IMG/VR virus record: IMGVR_UViG_3300044797_000163
Span: 18,398-82,397 of that record
Origin: a virus
Taxonomy: Duplodnaviria > Heunggongvirae > Uroviricota > Caudoviricetes
Length of the DNA: 64,000 nucleotides
Reading direction: 5' to 3' (one strand)
Below are positions 49,165-58,741 of the stretch, one piece after another. Each line of letters starts with the position of its first letter. Position 1 is the stretch's first letter. Made by a program: the position numbers and the translations under genes. Below the pieces are notes generated by a model. It saw nothing but the letters and a program-made list of their open reading frames with translations. It was not told the DNA's origin and did not search any database.

Positions 49165-50055
49165 ATGACAAAACTATTGGCAGCAGCGGCTCTTCTAAGC
49201 TTGGCTATAACGGTGGGATGTACGACGAGGATTGGTCCCGGAATGGTGGGGATCGAGGTGGATCAATCGGGAAGCCAGAAGGGAGTACAGGACATTGAGC
49301 TAAGAACCGGTCGTGTTTGGTACAACCCTTATTCGACCTCGATTATTGAGTACCCAACCTTCATGCGATCCGTGACCTGGACCGCAGCCACCAACGAAGG
49401 AAACCCCGTCAACGAAGAGATCACCTTCAATACCAAGGATTCCATGACCGTGCGCGGAGACTTCAACCTCTCCTACACACTCGTATCCGACAAAGTTCCG
49501 GCGTTCTACGTGAAGTTCCGAAGCGACGATTTGAAAACATTCGATGATGGTTTCCTGCATTCCGTGGCTCGAACCTGCATCAACGATACGGCAGGCTCGT
49601 ACAACATCGAGCAGATCATGGGTGACAACGGCCCATGGTTGAAACTCAGCCAGCAATGCCTCGATCAGAAGCTTGACCAGTATGGTGTGAAGATCGAGCA
49701 GTTTGGCATCATCGGATCGCCCCGGCCTCCGGAGCAGGTGATTCAATCCATCAACATGAAGGTGCAGGCCACACAGCTTGCCCTCCAGAAGCAGAACGAA
49801 GTTGCCCAGGCTCAGGCCGAGGCGCTAAGCAAAGTCGCTGTAGCAGACGGCGAGGCCAACGCTCAGATATCCCGCGCTAAGGGTGAGGCTGAGTCGAACC
49901 GTATCAAATCTTCCTCCATCGATGATCGTCTTATTCGGTGGTATCAGCTCACAAACCAACACGACCTTATTTGGCGTTGGAACGGTAAACGCCCGGACGT
50001 AGAAATGGGCAGTGGGGCAGGCGTCCTCCTTCAGATGCCAAAGGATATCCAATGA
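49165..50055 (+). CDS. SPFH/band-7 (HflC/prohibitin-like) lipoprotein
   Basis: Lipobox LAITVGC. Band-7 core. C-terminal AQAQAEALSKVAVADGEANAQISRAKGEAE. Confidence 0.6.
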   Translation: MTKLLAAAALLSLAITVGCTTRIGPGMVGIEVDQSGSQKGVQDIELRTGRVWYNPYSTSIIEYPTFMRSVTWTAATNEGNPVNEEITFNTKDSMTVRGDFNLSYTLVSDKVPAFYVKFRSDDLKTFDDGFLHSVARTCINDTAGSYNIEQIMGDNGPWLKLSQQCLDQKLDQYGVKIEQFGIIGSPRPPEQVIQSINMKVQATQLALQKQNEVAQAQAEALSKVAVADGEANAQISRAKGEAESNRIKSSSIDDRLIRWYQLTNQHDLIWRWNGKRPDVEMGSGAGVLLQMPKDIQ

Positions 50056-50426
50056 ATGACAACGCGAAGAAATGGGTAGCTGCCTTGCGCAGCGGTAAGT
50101 ACGTCCAGGGACACGGGTATCTCAATCACGACAACAAACTATGCTGCCTCGGGGTTGCATGCGAGGTGGCGATGGAGAGTCTGCCGATCGTTAGGAAGAC
50201 TAATGATTGTGGCATCACGAGTTATGACGAACACAACTGCGCTCTTCCACCCAGTGTTATGGAGTGGTTGGGTCTCCCATATGCGTCAGGATCTTTCGAT
50301 TCCCCGGTTACTGTAGGTGATTACACTACCTCGTCACTAATCGAGATGAACGATAACGGCAACACTGGCTTCAACACAATCGCAGATGTGATCGAGAGTG
50401 AACCTGCGGGTTTGTTCAAAGCATGA
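50052..50426 (+). CDS. Hypothetical Cys-containing protein
   Basis: 124 aa. Confidence 0.4.
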   Translation: MNDNAKKWVAALRSGKYVQGHGYLNHDNKLCCLGVACEVAMESLPIVRKTNDCGITSYDEHNCALPPSVMEWLGLPYASGSFDSPVTVGDYTTSSLIEMNDNGNTGFNTIADVIESEPAGLFKA

Positions 50427-51382
50427 ATACCCTCAGTATAGACATGCGCCCACGGTCTTTGGAGGAGTTTGTAGGTTCTCCCGAGATCGTGTCCGCAATC
50501 CGGACGCAACTCAACTCTGGTCGGATGCCGAAGGGCTGGTTTTTTCACGGGCCTTCGGGTACCGGCAAGACTACCCTCGCGCACATCATAGCCCGGCTCG
50601 TACAGGGACCAGAGTTTCCTGCTGATGCTGAGCCAGAGATAGAGGAGGAGAATGCCGCCGACAACGGCAAGGTAGCAGACGCTCGTAAGTTTGCGCAGGC
50701 TGCTGAGTATTATCCATCGATCGGAACCTATCGCGTTTTGATTATGGATGAAATGCAGCAGGCCACACCGGAAGCCCAGAACGTATTTCTGAAGCTACTG
50801 GAAGATCCCAAGGCCACCACCATCTACATATTCTGCACCACTGATCCGACGAAGATCATTCCGGCGCTGCGCAATCGATGCCTACAATATCGGCTGAAGT
50901 TGCTCAATGACAAAGAACTAATGGAACTGCTTGTGCGGGGATGGAAGCGGCTCGCATTGCCAGAGGACCGTACCGAGGCTGGCAAACTAGTCTCCGCTTT
51001 GCTGGCTAAAGAGGTCCGCGCTCCACGGGACATTCTCATGGCTCTGGAGCGCTTTGCGGGTGGCATGACCGCGAGCCAGGCAGTACAGATAGAAGAGGAC
51101 AAGCCCGACTACGTCGAGATCGCCAAGGCAGTGCTCGACGGTAACTGGGTTAAGACATCTTCCGTTCTGAAAGGACTGCGATCGGCAGATGTACGTGGCC
51201 TCCGCGCTGTAGTTGTCTCTTTCCTGAAAGGCGAGTTACTCAACCAACCAAAGAACTGCACCAAGGGCGCTCGCCTGGCGGATTGTCTGGATCTGTTCGC
51301 CAACACGCAATTTGAAGATGGGGTTGCGTTCGGAGTTACCACCGGAGTGTTGTGGCGGGTGTGTAGCTACCTTTCATTCTAA
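50423..51382 (+). CDS. AAA+ clamp-loader subunit (DnaX/RFC-like)
   Basis: Walker A GPSGTGKTT. Walker B LIMDEMQ. Sensor-1 CTTD. SRC-like ALRNRC. Confidence 0.8.
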   Translation: MNTLSIDMRPRSLEEFVGSPEIVSAIRTQLNSGRMPKGWFFHGPSGTGKTTLAHIIARLVQGPEFPADAEPEIEEENAADNGKVADARKFAQAAEYYPSIGTYRVLIMDEMQQATPEAQNVFLKLLEDPKATTIYIFCTTDPTKIIPALRNRCLQYRLKLLNDKELMELLVRGWKRLALPEDRTEAGKLVSALLAKEVRAPRDILMALERFAGGMTASQAVQIEEDKPDYVEIAKAVLDGNWVKTSSVLKGLRSADVRGLRAVVVSFLKGELLNQPKNCTKGARLADCLDLFANTQFEDGVAFGVTTGVLWRVCSYLSF

Positions 51383-51425
51383 ACCAAGTGTAAATCGCAC
51401 GACGTTTTTATAGAAGGAGCAATAA

Positions 51426-51647
51426 ATGGCAAAAGGTAAGTTGTTCGAATATGCAGTTGTCTATCACCCCAAACAGACGAAGGACACCTCGGGTAACGAT
51501 ACTACCCCGCCCAGTGTGTTGATCGTCCCCAAAAGCTCAACGCTCGCCACTACGGACAAAGAAGTAGGTATCAGAGCTTCGCGTGCGATTCCGGTCGAGT
51601 ACGACGATCGTCTCGATGATTGCGAGGTGTTTGTTCGCCCTTTCTAG
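51426..51647 (+). CDS. Hypothetical protein
   Basis: 73 aa. GAAGGAG ribosome-binding site. Confidence 0.4.
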   Translation: MAKGKLFEYAVVYHPKQTKDTSGNDTTPPSVLIVPKSSTLATTDKEVGIRASRAIPVEYDDRLDDCEVFVRPF

Positions 51648-51775
51648 CCTGTGATGCGGACACAGGCGAATGGGAGTATATAGCAGCGCCCGCACCCAGC
51701 GTTAGCGACCCTGCCAGAACAATTGATGAAATTGATGGTCGGTATGTGAACAAGCAAACGAAACAAATTAGTCGA

Positions 51776-51817
51776 GAGAGTCCCTTTAGAGGCATCGAGA
51801 GTCCCTTTAGAGGCATC
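51776..51817. repeat. Perfect 21-bp tandem repeat, two copies
   Basis: GAGAGTCCCTTTAGAGGCATC occurs twice in succession. Confidence 0.9.
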
Positions 51818-51956
51818 ACGGCAGGCGCCCTAATGGGCGGACCTGTCGCTAACAGCGGCGTTGCTGATGTGTTGAAATACTCACAACAGAATGCTCATTT
51901 AGACGAGATGGCTCTCCAACTCACTCCAACTTTCACCAACACAGCGGGATCGGGAT

Positions 51957-53960
51957 ATGTCCTCAACAGCATGTCTACTCCTGCAAATTACACATCAGAA
52001 ACTAAATCATTCTCCGCATCTTCACTGCGAGGCTAACCAAGTCCGGGTCTTCCAAGGCCCGGCATTTTTATCTCTTCGAAAGGTCACATTGTCAGAGAAA
52101 GCATGGAGTAATCTTGCCAGGATCGTCGTACGTCGTACATACGCCCGTAAGGACAACGGACCACTTGAAAACTGGAAGCAGATCACTGAACGAGCCATCA
52201 TGGGCAACGTTCGTGGTTTCAACGTGCCTGAAGCTGAAATCAAAGAGCTTTTGCGGCTATCACTGGAGCGCAAGGCTGGTCCCGCTGGGAGAGGATACTG
52301 GTTCTCCGGATCGCCTGCCCATGATCGTATCGGGGGAGCAGCGCTTAATAATTGCTGGTACTTTAACGCCAGCGACTGGAATCATTTCGTTATAGCCCAG
52401 GATCTCCTCATGCTCGGCGGCGGTGTGGGTATGAGCGTGGAGCATAAGTTCGTCTCGAAGCTCCCCAAGGTCAAACGGGATGTTACCATCACCCACAAGG
52501 ACACAAAAGATGCAGACTTCATCGTCCCTGACAGCCGAGAAGGGTGGGTGGCGCTCACTCGCCTTGCGTTACGATCCTTTTTTGAGACAGGGGAATCGTT
52601 TTCCTATTCGACCATCTGCCTCCGGGGTTATGGAGAAGTTATTAGAGGCTTCGGTGGGGTTGCTTCGGGGCCGGTGCCGATGGTTGAATTCATCAATAAT
52701 ATCAGCACCGTCCTCCAGCAACGGGCAGGTAAACACCTTCGACCACTCGACGCTGCGGATATCATTACCTCCATTGGCCAGATGGTGGTTGCGGGGAATG
52801 TAAGACGTTCGGCTATCATCGTCATAGGTGATTGCTGGGATAAGGACTTCCTGAAAGCCAAACGCTGGGATCTCCAGCAGCTTCCTACTCACCGAGCCCG
52901 CGCCAACTACTCGGTCGTCTGCGACGATACTGAAGATCTTCACCCGTTATTCTGGAAGTCTTATGAGATCGGTGAAGCTATTGGCATAGTCAATCGCACC
53001 AATATTCAGAAATATGGTCGCATGGGTACGTTCATGAAGGATACGGCTGAAGGAGTGAACCCCTGTGCGGAGGCTACGTTAGAGAATGGCGAGCCGTGTA
53101 ACTTGATGGAGATGGCGCTCTGTAACATCGATGATCAGGCTGAGTTTGAGCACGCATCCCGACTAATGATGAGATACGGGAAGCGTGTATGTCTTAGTAA
53201 GTATCACCACAGAATTAGTGCGGAAGTAATCGAGCGTAACATGCGGGTAGGCATCGGTATAACTGGCTGCTTATCTTCTCCGTTATTCATGCCGAAGAAT
53301 CTGGATAATGCTTATCAAGCCATTATCGATGAGGATAATAAGTATTCGGCTGAGTTAGAAGTTCCTTTCAGCATACGCCATACCGTGGTCAAGCCCAGCG
53401 GTACGATGGGGAAAGCTCTCGACTGCGATGGGGAGGAAGGAATTCATGCTGCACTCGCACCGCACATTATTCAACGGATTCAATTTGCTGCCAACGACCC
53501 CGCACTTCCACAACTTCGTGCTGCGGGTCACTTCATGGAGCCTCTCAAGAACTTCGACGGTTCTACTGACCCTAGAACTATGGTGGTTGATTTTTATGTC
53601 GCGGCTCCTGAAGGTGCTCCGACCGTAGAGACCGGCTGGGATACGTGGAAGCAGCTCGACACCGTGCTCATGGCGCAGCGATATTGGGCTGACCAAAGTG
53701 TGTCGGTCACTGTCTATTACAAAATTGAAGAGCTGGCGCAACTGAAGACCTGGCTGGCTGAAAACATCGGCAAGCTCAAGACGATCTCGTTCCTAAAGTT
53801 CAGCGGCCACGGATTTGTGCAGGCACCGAAGGAACCAATCACGAAGGAACAGTTCGACAAGCTGTCCTCGAAGATCAAGTCGCTTGAGGATGACAACTTG
53901 GGTGACGGTGTGCTGCAGAGCAGTCTGGAGTGTGAGGGAGGGGTCTGTCCGGTAAAATAG
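51957..53960 (+). CDS. nrdJ: Ribonucleotide reductase, class II-like (start codon uncertain)
   Basis: Active-site block NPCAEATLENGEPCNLMEMAL (compare NPCGE...CNL). C-terminal CEGGVCPV. An alternative TTG start lies at 52089, after the hairpin. Confidence 0.65.
   Translation: MSSTACLLLQITHQKLNHSPHLHCEANQVRVFQGPAFLSLRKVTLSEKAWSNLARIVVRRTYARKDNGPLENWKQITERAIMGNVRGFNVPEAEIKELLRLSLERKAGPAGRGYWFSGSPAHDRIGGAALNNCWYFNASDWNHFVIAQDLLMLGGGVGMSVEHKFVSKLPKVKRDVTITHKDTKDADFIVPDSREGWVALTRLALRSFFETGESFSYSTICLRGYGEVIRGFGGVASGPVPMVEFINNISTVLQQRAGKHLRPLDAADIITSIGQMVVAGNVRRSAIIVIGDCWDKDFLKAKRWDLQQLPTHRARANYSVVCDDTEDLHPLFWKSYEIGEAIGIVNRTNIQKYGRMGTFMKDTAEGVNPCAEATLENGEPCNLMEMALCNIDDQAEFEHASRLMMRYGKRVCLSKYHHRISAEVIERNMRVGIGITGCLSSPLFMPKNLDNAYQAIIDEDNKYSAELEVPFSIRHTVVKPSGTMGKALDCDGEEGIHAALAPHIIQRIQFAANDPALPQLRAAGHFMEPLKNFDGSTDPRTMVVDFYVAAPEGAPTVETGWDTWKQLDTVLMAQRYWADQSVSVTVYYKIEELAQLKTWLAENIGKLKTISFLKFSGHGFVQAPKEPITKEQFDKLSSKIKSLEDDNLGDGVLQSSLECEGGVCPVK
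52043..52070 (+). terminator. Weak hairpin/attenuator upstream of the RNR coding start
   Basis: CCGGG...CCCGG stem followed by CATTTTTA. Confidence 0.3.
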
Positions 53961-54005
53961 TGGGATGGATATCGAGATGCGCCCCATGAAAGATATTGGG
54001 GAGTA

Positions 54006-54025
54006 GAGCATGTATAATCATGCTC
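54006..54025 (+). promoter_or_regulatory. Extended -10 element (TGTATAAT) embedded in a perfect 7-bp-arm palindrome
   Basis: Sequence is GAGCATG-TATAAT-CATGCTC. Confidence 0.4.
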
Positions 54026-54055
54026 ATATTGACGCTAATAATGCGGATAATTGAA

Positions 54056-54335
54056 TATGATGATAGACAACTCCATGACAGTAAAGATCACCCAGAAAGC
54101 GGAGGAGAGTGGCTTGGTATACCTTAGCGTCCTTCCTGCTACATGGGATGCTCTTGAAAAATACGCAGAGAAGCACGACTATTGCGAATGGTTCCGACGT
54201 TACACACAACCGCAGTGGGCCGCATGGTTGATCTTTTTATTGAAAGCTGAGCCGGACCTTAAAGAACTATTTCCTCACGGAAAGTGGGCGGGGAATTATA
54301 TAGATGACTCGCTTCTTCGACGCTTCGCATACTGA
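54056..54335 (+). CDS. Hypothetical protein
   Basis: 93 aa, between the RNR gene and the IS element. Confidence 0.35.
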
Positions 54336-54409
54336 TTCCTCCGCTTCCGGCGCTTGGCCGCTTTGGTCTTGGGTTTCGGACGATAGGACAGCACGCGGTC
54401 TGCGATACG

Positions 54410-55385
54410 GTCTAGCTCTGGGGGGGGGTTCATGCGGTCAGTTCCTTGTAGGTGAGATGCTTTCCAACTACCGCCACTACGAACGAATCCAGTCGTTCCA
54501 AAGTGTGACGGCTCACGTTGCCGACGTTCAGCCGGAAGGTGAACTCATCCACATAGCGATGCAGGTGTTTCTTGGAAACTTGATGGTAGACGCCGTACAC
54601 TCCGCGCTTGAGCACAGCCCAGACGGACTCAATGCTGTTCGTACTGATTCCGTTCTCGGAGTAGATTCCAGCCGTGTGATTGATGGACTCGTGGCGAAAG
54701 AACAGACCGTCAAGACCGACATACCCAGTTGCCTCATCCGTGAAGACCGTGGAGCCGACTTCTACGTTCGCATGGACAGCCGATTGCAGCGCGGCCATGT
54801 CGGTAGCCTCAATCGGCATCGCTACGGTACGTCCGCCGCGCTCCCTGAGTCCTACGACAGCCGTCTTGCCGACGCTGCCACGGCCAGCCTTGAGCTTTTT
54901 GTGCTCGTGCTTGTTGCGCTCCTTGCCGCCAATGAAGCACTCGTCTACTTCGACGATGCCGCGCAACTTGTCAAGATCATCGCCAGAGCCGCAGGCTTCG
55001 CGGAGACGCTGGAGCATGAACCAAGCGGACTTCTGGGTAACGCCAATCTCTTTCGCCAGTTGCAGGCTAGAGATGCCCTTCCGGGCGGTCACGAGCAGGT
55101 ACATGGCGTAGAGCCACTTGTGCAGGGGAATGTGGCTGCGCTCGAAGATCGTCCCTGTGCGGATCGTGAAATCGAGGGAACAGGCATTGCAGCGATAGAA
55201 GCCAACCTTGGGCTGCTTGCCGATGCGCTCACGGCTCTTGCACTCAGGGCAGAAAGCACCGTCAGGCCAGAGCCGGGATTCGAGGTAAATCCGCGCCGAC
55301 TCAGGGGTCGGGAACATCTCGAAAAGTTGGAAAGTGCTGATCGTGCTCTTGGACATCTAAGCAACCCCCTTCGCAAGATGCTCCC
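54410..55385 (-). mobile_element. IS1595-family insertion sequence, ends approximate
   Basis: A single transposase ORF fills an element of roughly 0.95 kb. Both ends carry GGGGGTT (54424-54430, and reverse complement at 55363-55369). No target-site duplication could be resolved. Confidence 0.55.
54430..55356 (-). CDS. IS1595-family (ISXO2-like) DDE transposase
   Basis: N-terminal zinc finger CPECKS...CNAC. IS1595 blocks VEVDECFIGGKE and HTAGIYSENGISTNSIESVWAVLKRG. Confidence 0.8.
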   Translation of the reverse strand: MSKSTISTFQLFEMFPTPESARIYLESRLWPDGAFCPECKSRERIGKQPKVGFYRCNACSLDFTIRTGTIFERSHIPLHKWLYAMYLLVTARKGISSLQLAKEIGVTQKSAWFMLQRLREACGSGDDLDKLRGIVEVDECFIGGKERNKHEHKKLKAGRGSVGKTAVVGLRERGGRTVAMPIEATDMAALQSAVHANVEVGSTVFTDEATGYVGLDGLFFRHESINHTAGIYSENGISTNSIESVWAVLKRGVYGVYHQVSKKHLHRYVDEFTFRLNVGNVSRHTLERLDSFVVAVVGKHLTYKELTA

Positions 55386-55722
55386 CGCGCCGCAACCAAA
55401 CGGCAGCAACATCATGCGGAGCCAGTTGCTTTTCCCAATCCTCGGGGCCTTCCCCGGCGATGCAGCGGCAGACCATACAGAACGATGTGGGGTCTTTCAT
55501 GCACTCACGGGCAACGGGGAGATTCGTGCAGTACACGAGATGACCGTGCTCGTTGCAGAGAACCTGATAGCGACCGCCTTCAGAAACATAGTCATCGACA
55601 ATGCCATGACCCTGCTTCTCTGCCAGCTTGCAATCCGAGATAACGGTATGCCCGCCAGAGTATTTGTTGCGAAGCTCGGCAACGTACCCGGCGAAGTCTT
55701 GATGGGGTTTACGCACCGACAT
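55357..55722 (-). CDS. Cys/His-rich small protein, 3' end possibly altered by the IS insertion
   Basis: 121 aa. Its stop codon abuts the transposase ATG (TAGATG). Confidence 0.35.
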   Translation of the reverse strand: MSVRKPHQDFAGYVAELRNKYSGGHTVISDCKLAEKQGHGIVDDYVSEGGRYQVLCNEHGHLVYCTNLPVARECMKDPTSFCMVCRCIAGEGPEDWEKQLAPHDVAAVWLRRGEHLAKGVA

Positions 55723-55918
55723 TTTGCGCCTCCCTCTTTACTCGCTTTAGGGCTACCCGAACTTCGGCGATCTCGTCTGCGTCTAGCGCTCCGTCCTGCC
55801 TCTCTTCGTACAGGTCAATCTCATGTTGCAGGAGGTAGACCGCATCCGCTGGCGTCTTTAGCTGGTGTGGGTCGTAGGTTACGCAATTCGGTATGTAAGC
55901 ACCTAGGTTTCGGGTCAT
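55709..55918 (-). CDS. Small hypothetical protein
   Basis: 69 aa. GGAGG ribosome-binding site. Upstream promoter TTGACT-N17-TACTAT at 55942-55970. Confidence 0.4.
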   Translation of the reverse strand: MTRNLGAYIPNCVTYDPHQLKTPADAVYLLQHEIDLYEERQDGALDADEIAEVRVALKRVKREAQNVGA

Positions 55919-55941
55919 TCGCAGCCTCCATTACTGTCTCT

Positions 55942-55970
55942 ATAGTAGATAACTCGCTGCGTTTAGTCAA
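55942..55970 (-). promoter_or_regulatory. Sigma70-like promoter
   Basis: Minus strand reads TTGACT-aaacgcagcgagttatc(17)-TACTAT. Confidence 0.45.
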
Positions 55971-56177
55971 GAACTTTAGTCGCTTTGCAATGAAAGGGTT
56001 AGCGACTCATGTATATAATTCCCATTCAAAGGCTCGAAGATTTGGTGGCGGTGGTGGCAAAGTGCGAAATTGAGCATCGTGATGTAAAAATAGGAACGCC
56101 ACCCGTTGACCGGCATTGGACTGGGAAAAGCTGATGCCGTTCGTGAAACTGTCAGCGGGTGGCTTCGAATCGTTCTC

Positions 56178-58274
56178 TCATTTGTGATAGTACGGCCCTT
56201 CGTAACCCTCGGCGCCCAGCGGCAGATCGAGCGCCCACCACGGCGGCGTCTTCATGCACTGTCGCAGATCCTTCAGGCCAATAAGCGCGTTGAGCAAAAC
56301 CTCAGTGATAATCTCATCGTGACAATGCCCGACAATCTTGAACCCCTTGGCCTCGGCAAGAAACATGCCCCAGAGGAGTAGATCCCTCGCGATCGCCTGC
56401 ACGATGTTCTCTGTAAGCTTGCCGCCGTACGTTGAGACCCGCACCCATTGCCGGGTGGTCTGATCAATGCCGTCATAGTAGATCGTCTCCTTGGTGTAAT
56501 CGTCCCGGCCATCGCGTCCGGGGAATGTTTTGGTTTCGATTGTGGGGTGGATGTAATGCAGGCCACGGCCAGACGGCAGGAGGATGCGCAGAAGCTTGCC
56601 GCCGAAGCATTCGAATGTGACTGGCCCGACCACTTGCGGCGTCCTGAACTTGATGGCACGGATCGCGGCGGCTTCCAGATCTTTCCAGAGCTGCAGCACC
56701 TCAGGGTTGGCGTCCCGCCACGCTTTCACTGCGGCATGAGCCTGCGCTCTCGTCATCGATATGCCCATGCCTTCGGCATATCCCCACAGGCCCGTCTTGT
56801 ATGTATCGCCGTTCTTATCTATCTCTTCCTCACCGCCACCAAGTTGGTAGCCGCAACCTAGAACAGGAGCTTTAGCGATTTGGCGTTTGAGAGCAGCATC
56901 AGCATCCTTAGCTTTGTGAACACCATCGATGATCGTGGTGATCGATTCGTAAGGGACTTTGTAGAACTTGGCTGCGAAATCGAGGTAAGGATCGCGGCCC
57001 TGCTTGAATACGTTCAGGATGTTCTTCGATCGCGCCACCCAGCCTAGGACTCGGTTCTCGATCGCATTCAGGTCGCAGACTACAAGCTTCGATCCCTCGG
57101 GTGCGCGGAATGCTGCGCGGATGCAGGAAGCCACCACATCCATCGTGGAAGGGAACTCAGCCGCTACACTCTTCACATCGCCAGCTCGCAGGAGTTCAAC
57201 AGCGCGATCCATATTTCTCTCAACCGCTTTGGTGGGCCGGGGAAGGTTATGGAGCTGGACAGCGTGACCGGTCCACCTTCCGGCCCTCGATGCGCCGAGG
57301 AAGGAGAACTGCTGGCGCAATCTTCCGTCAGGAGAAACGTTGAGTAAGATCGCTTCGTATTTCTTATAGGATGTCTTACTGGCTTTCTGCCTAACATATA
57401 AGGCTTTCTGTCCTTTTTCGCTCAAACACCCAATATACGAGGCGCTAAGCGCCCGACTTACTTCTTCCTTGCCTAGAGAGTTGAATGGGTAACCTTCGTT
57501 TCTTACCCAGGCCAGCATCTGATTCCGAGAGTTAGGATTCTCTAACTCGGTGATCTTCCGCATTTCGTTAGTGAGATCATCGTGCTCGCCTCGGGCGATG
57601 GCGAGGGCACCATGAACCAGGTCCAGATCGGTTGGCATCCCGGTTTCATTGATCTTCTGATCGAGCACCCATCCGCGTTGTTCGATGGCCGGTAGAGGGA
57701 ACTTCACTAGCTTATTCAGGATGATGCGTTCTGTTCTTACATCCTGCTTACAGTATTCACGGAATTTATCCCACTCCTCGGGATCAGTCGCCCAGTCGCG
57801 AAAGAATGCGGTGCTTCCACCGAACAACGGACTTTCTGTTGGTTTGTTCTGGGGCATGCAGAAGAGATCCTTCAGCCTGGTGCCTTCCGCTATCTTCAGC
57901 TCCTCTGGTTTGAGTCCGAGAATCGGCCCGACATCCTCCAGGGCTCCCGGCATCGACAAGTGCCTGGCCCACACCATCGCATCGGTGAATTGATCGTGAG
58001 GGATGTGAATCGAGAGTAGCTTGGAAAGCACTTTACGCTCGAAGGTGGCGTGCCAAGCACACTTATTCGCGATGGCGGATTCAATACATTTTCTTACATC
58101 ACTCGGGAAAGGACTGAGATGTGGTTCCCATAATTGGGGTTCTTCTTCATCGATAGCGTGCGCCATCATTAAGACCTCAGTGGAGGGGTGCTCGACATAG
58201 TTATCGAGCCCCACCTCCCTGAGATCCAGCTCCGACCTAGTTTCAAAATCAAGGTGGAGCTTCAGTGGAGACAC
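56178..58274 (-). CDS. Family A DNA polymerase with an N-terminal 3'-5' exonuclease domain
   Basis: Exo I motif DFETRS. Pol A motif A-like R..GR..G.....LPRP. Motif C GHCHDEIITEV. Confidence 0.85.
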   Translation of the reverse strand: MSPLKLHLDFETRSELDLREVGLDNYVEHPSTEVLMMAHAIDEEEPQLWEPHLSPFPSDVRKCIESAIANKCAWHATFERKVLSKLLSIHIPHDQFTDAMVWARHLSMPGALEDVGPILGLKPEELKIAEGTRLKDLFCMPQNKPTESPLFGGSTAFFRDWATDPEEWDKFREYCKQDVRTERIILNKLVKFPLPAIEQRGWVLDQKINETGMPTDLDLVHGALAIARGEHDDLTNEMRKITELENPNSRNQMLAWVRNEGYPFNSLGKEEVSRALSASYIGCLSEKGQKALYVRQKASKTSYKKYEAILLNVSPDGRLRQQFSFLGASRAGRWTGHAVQLHNLPRPTKAVERNMDRAVELLRAGDVKSVAAEFPSTMDVVASCIRAAFRAPEGSKLVVCDLNAIENRVLGWVARSKNILNVFKQGRDPYLDFAAKFYKVPYESITTIIDGVHKAKDADAALKRQIAKAPVLGCGYQLGGGEEEIDKNGDTYKTGLWGYAEGMGISMTRAQAHAAVKAWRDANPEVLQLWKDLEAAAIRAIKFRTPQVVGPVTFECFGGKLLRILLPSGRGLHYIHPTIETKTFPGRDGRDDYTKETIYYDGIDQTTRQWVRVSTYGGKLTENIVQAIARDLLLWGMFLAEAKGFKIVGHCHDEIITEVLLNALIGLKDLRQCMKTPPWWALDLPLGAEGYEGPYYHK

Positions 58275-58741
58275 TATTCCGCGCCATCCGTAGCGATGAA
58301 GTGCTCGATACGTTGGACGGTTACCTTGGCGCGTTGCTTGGCACTCTTAGCGTTGTCGTAGGCCGTTTCAAATAACTCTGGCCAGCCACCATCGCCACTG
58401 CCGTTGTGGTAGAACAGTTTGCAGGATTGAGTGCGATCTAGTCCTAATACACCTCGCGCTTCATCATGGACATCGCCGGAGATAACCTCACCGATATCCG
58501 CTGAATATGATGCCGCGTTCGAAACCTTGATGAAGTCTTTCCAGACCCTTGGTTTCTTTAGCAGGATTGCCCAACCACCAATACAGGCGCGAGTTCTGCA
58601 CTCCGGTATCGATTTGTCTTTCCCAAAACTGCCGCCAAAAGCAGATCCGAAATCACCCATGTCAAGCCGTTTGGGTTCTTCGAGGATCTGCGCTTCTACT
58701 TTGCGCAAGAGGTTGATTGTGCTTCTTTTTAGTTTTGACAT
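58274..58741 (-). CDS. Hypothetical protein
   Basis: 155 aa, upstream of the polymerase gene with a 1-nt overlap. Confidence 0.4.
   Translation of the reverse strand: MSKLKRSTINLLRKVEAQILEEPKRLDMGDFGSAFGGSFGKDKSIPECRTRACIGGWAILLKKPRVWKDFIKVSNAASYSADIGEVISGDVHDEARGVLGLDRTQSCKLFYHNGSGDGGWPELFETAYDNAKSAKQRAKVTVQRIEHFIATDGAE

Noticed and set aside
51620-52036. 138-aa plus ORF overlapping the 3' end of gene 51426-51647 and containing the ESPFRGI repeat
   Set aside because: It has low-complexity composition, overlaps a better-supported gene, and is more simply explained as a structured untranslated leader. It is not annotated as a CDS.
54304-56073. 589-aa plus-strand ORF spanning the IS element and neighbouring genes
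   Set aside because: It is antisense to a well-supported transposase and two small genes, is Ala/Arg/Gly-rich as expected for GC-rich antisense frames, and has no motif. Other antisense ORFs of the same kind (8325-9152, 5482-6111, 22086-22784, 25836-26333, 16512-17114, 42723-43361) are also spurious.
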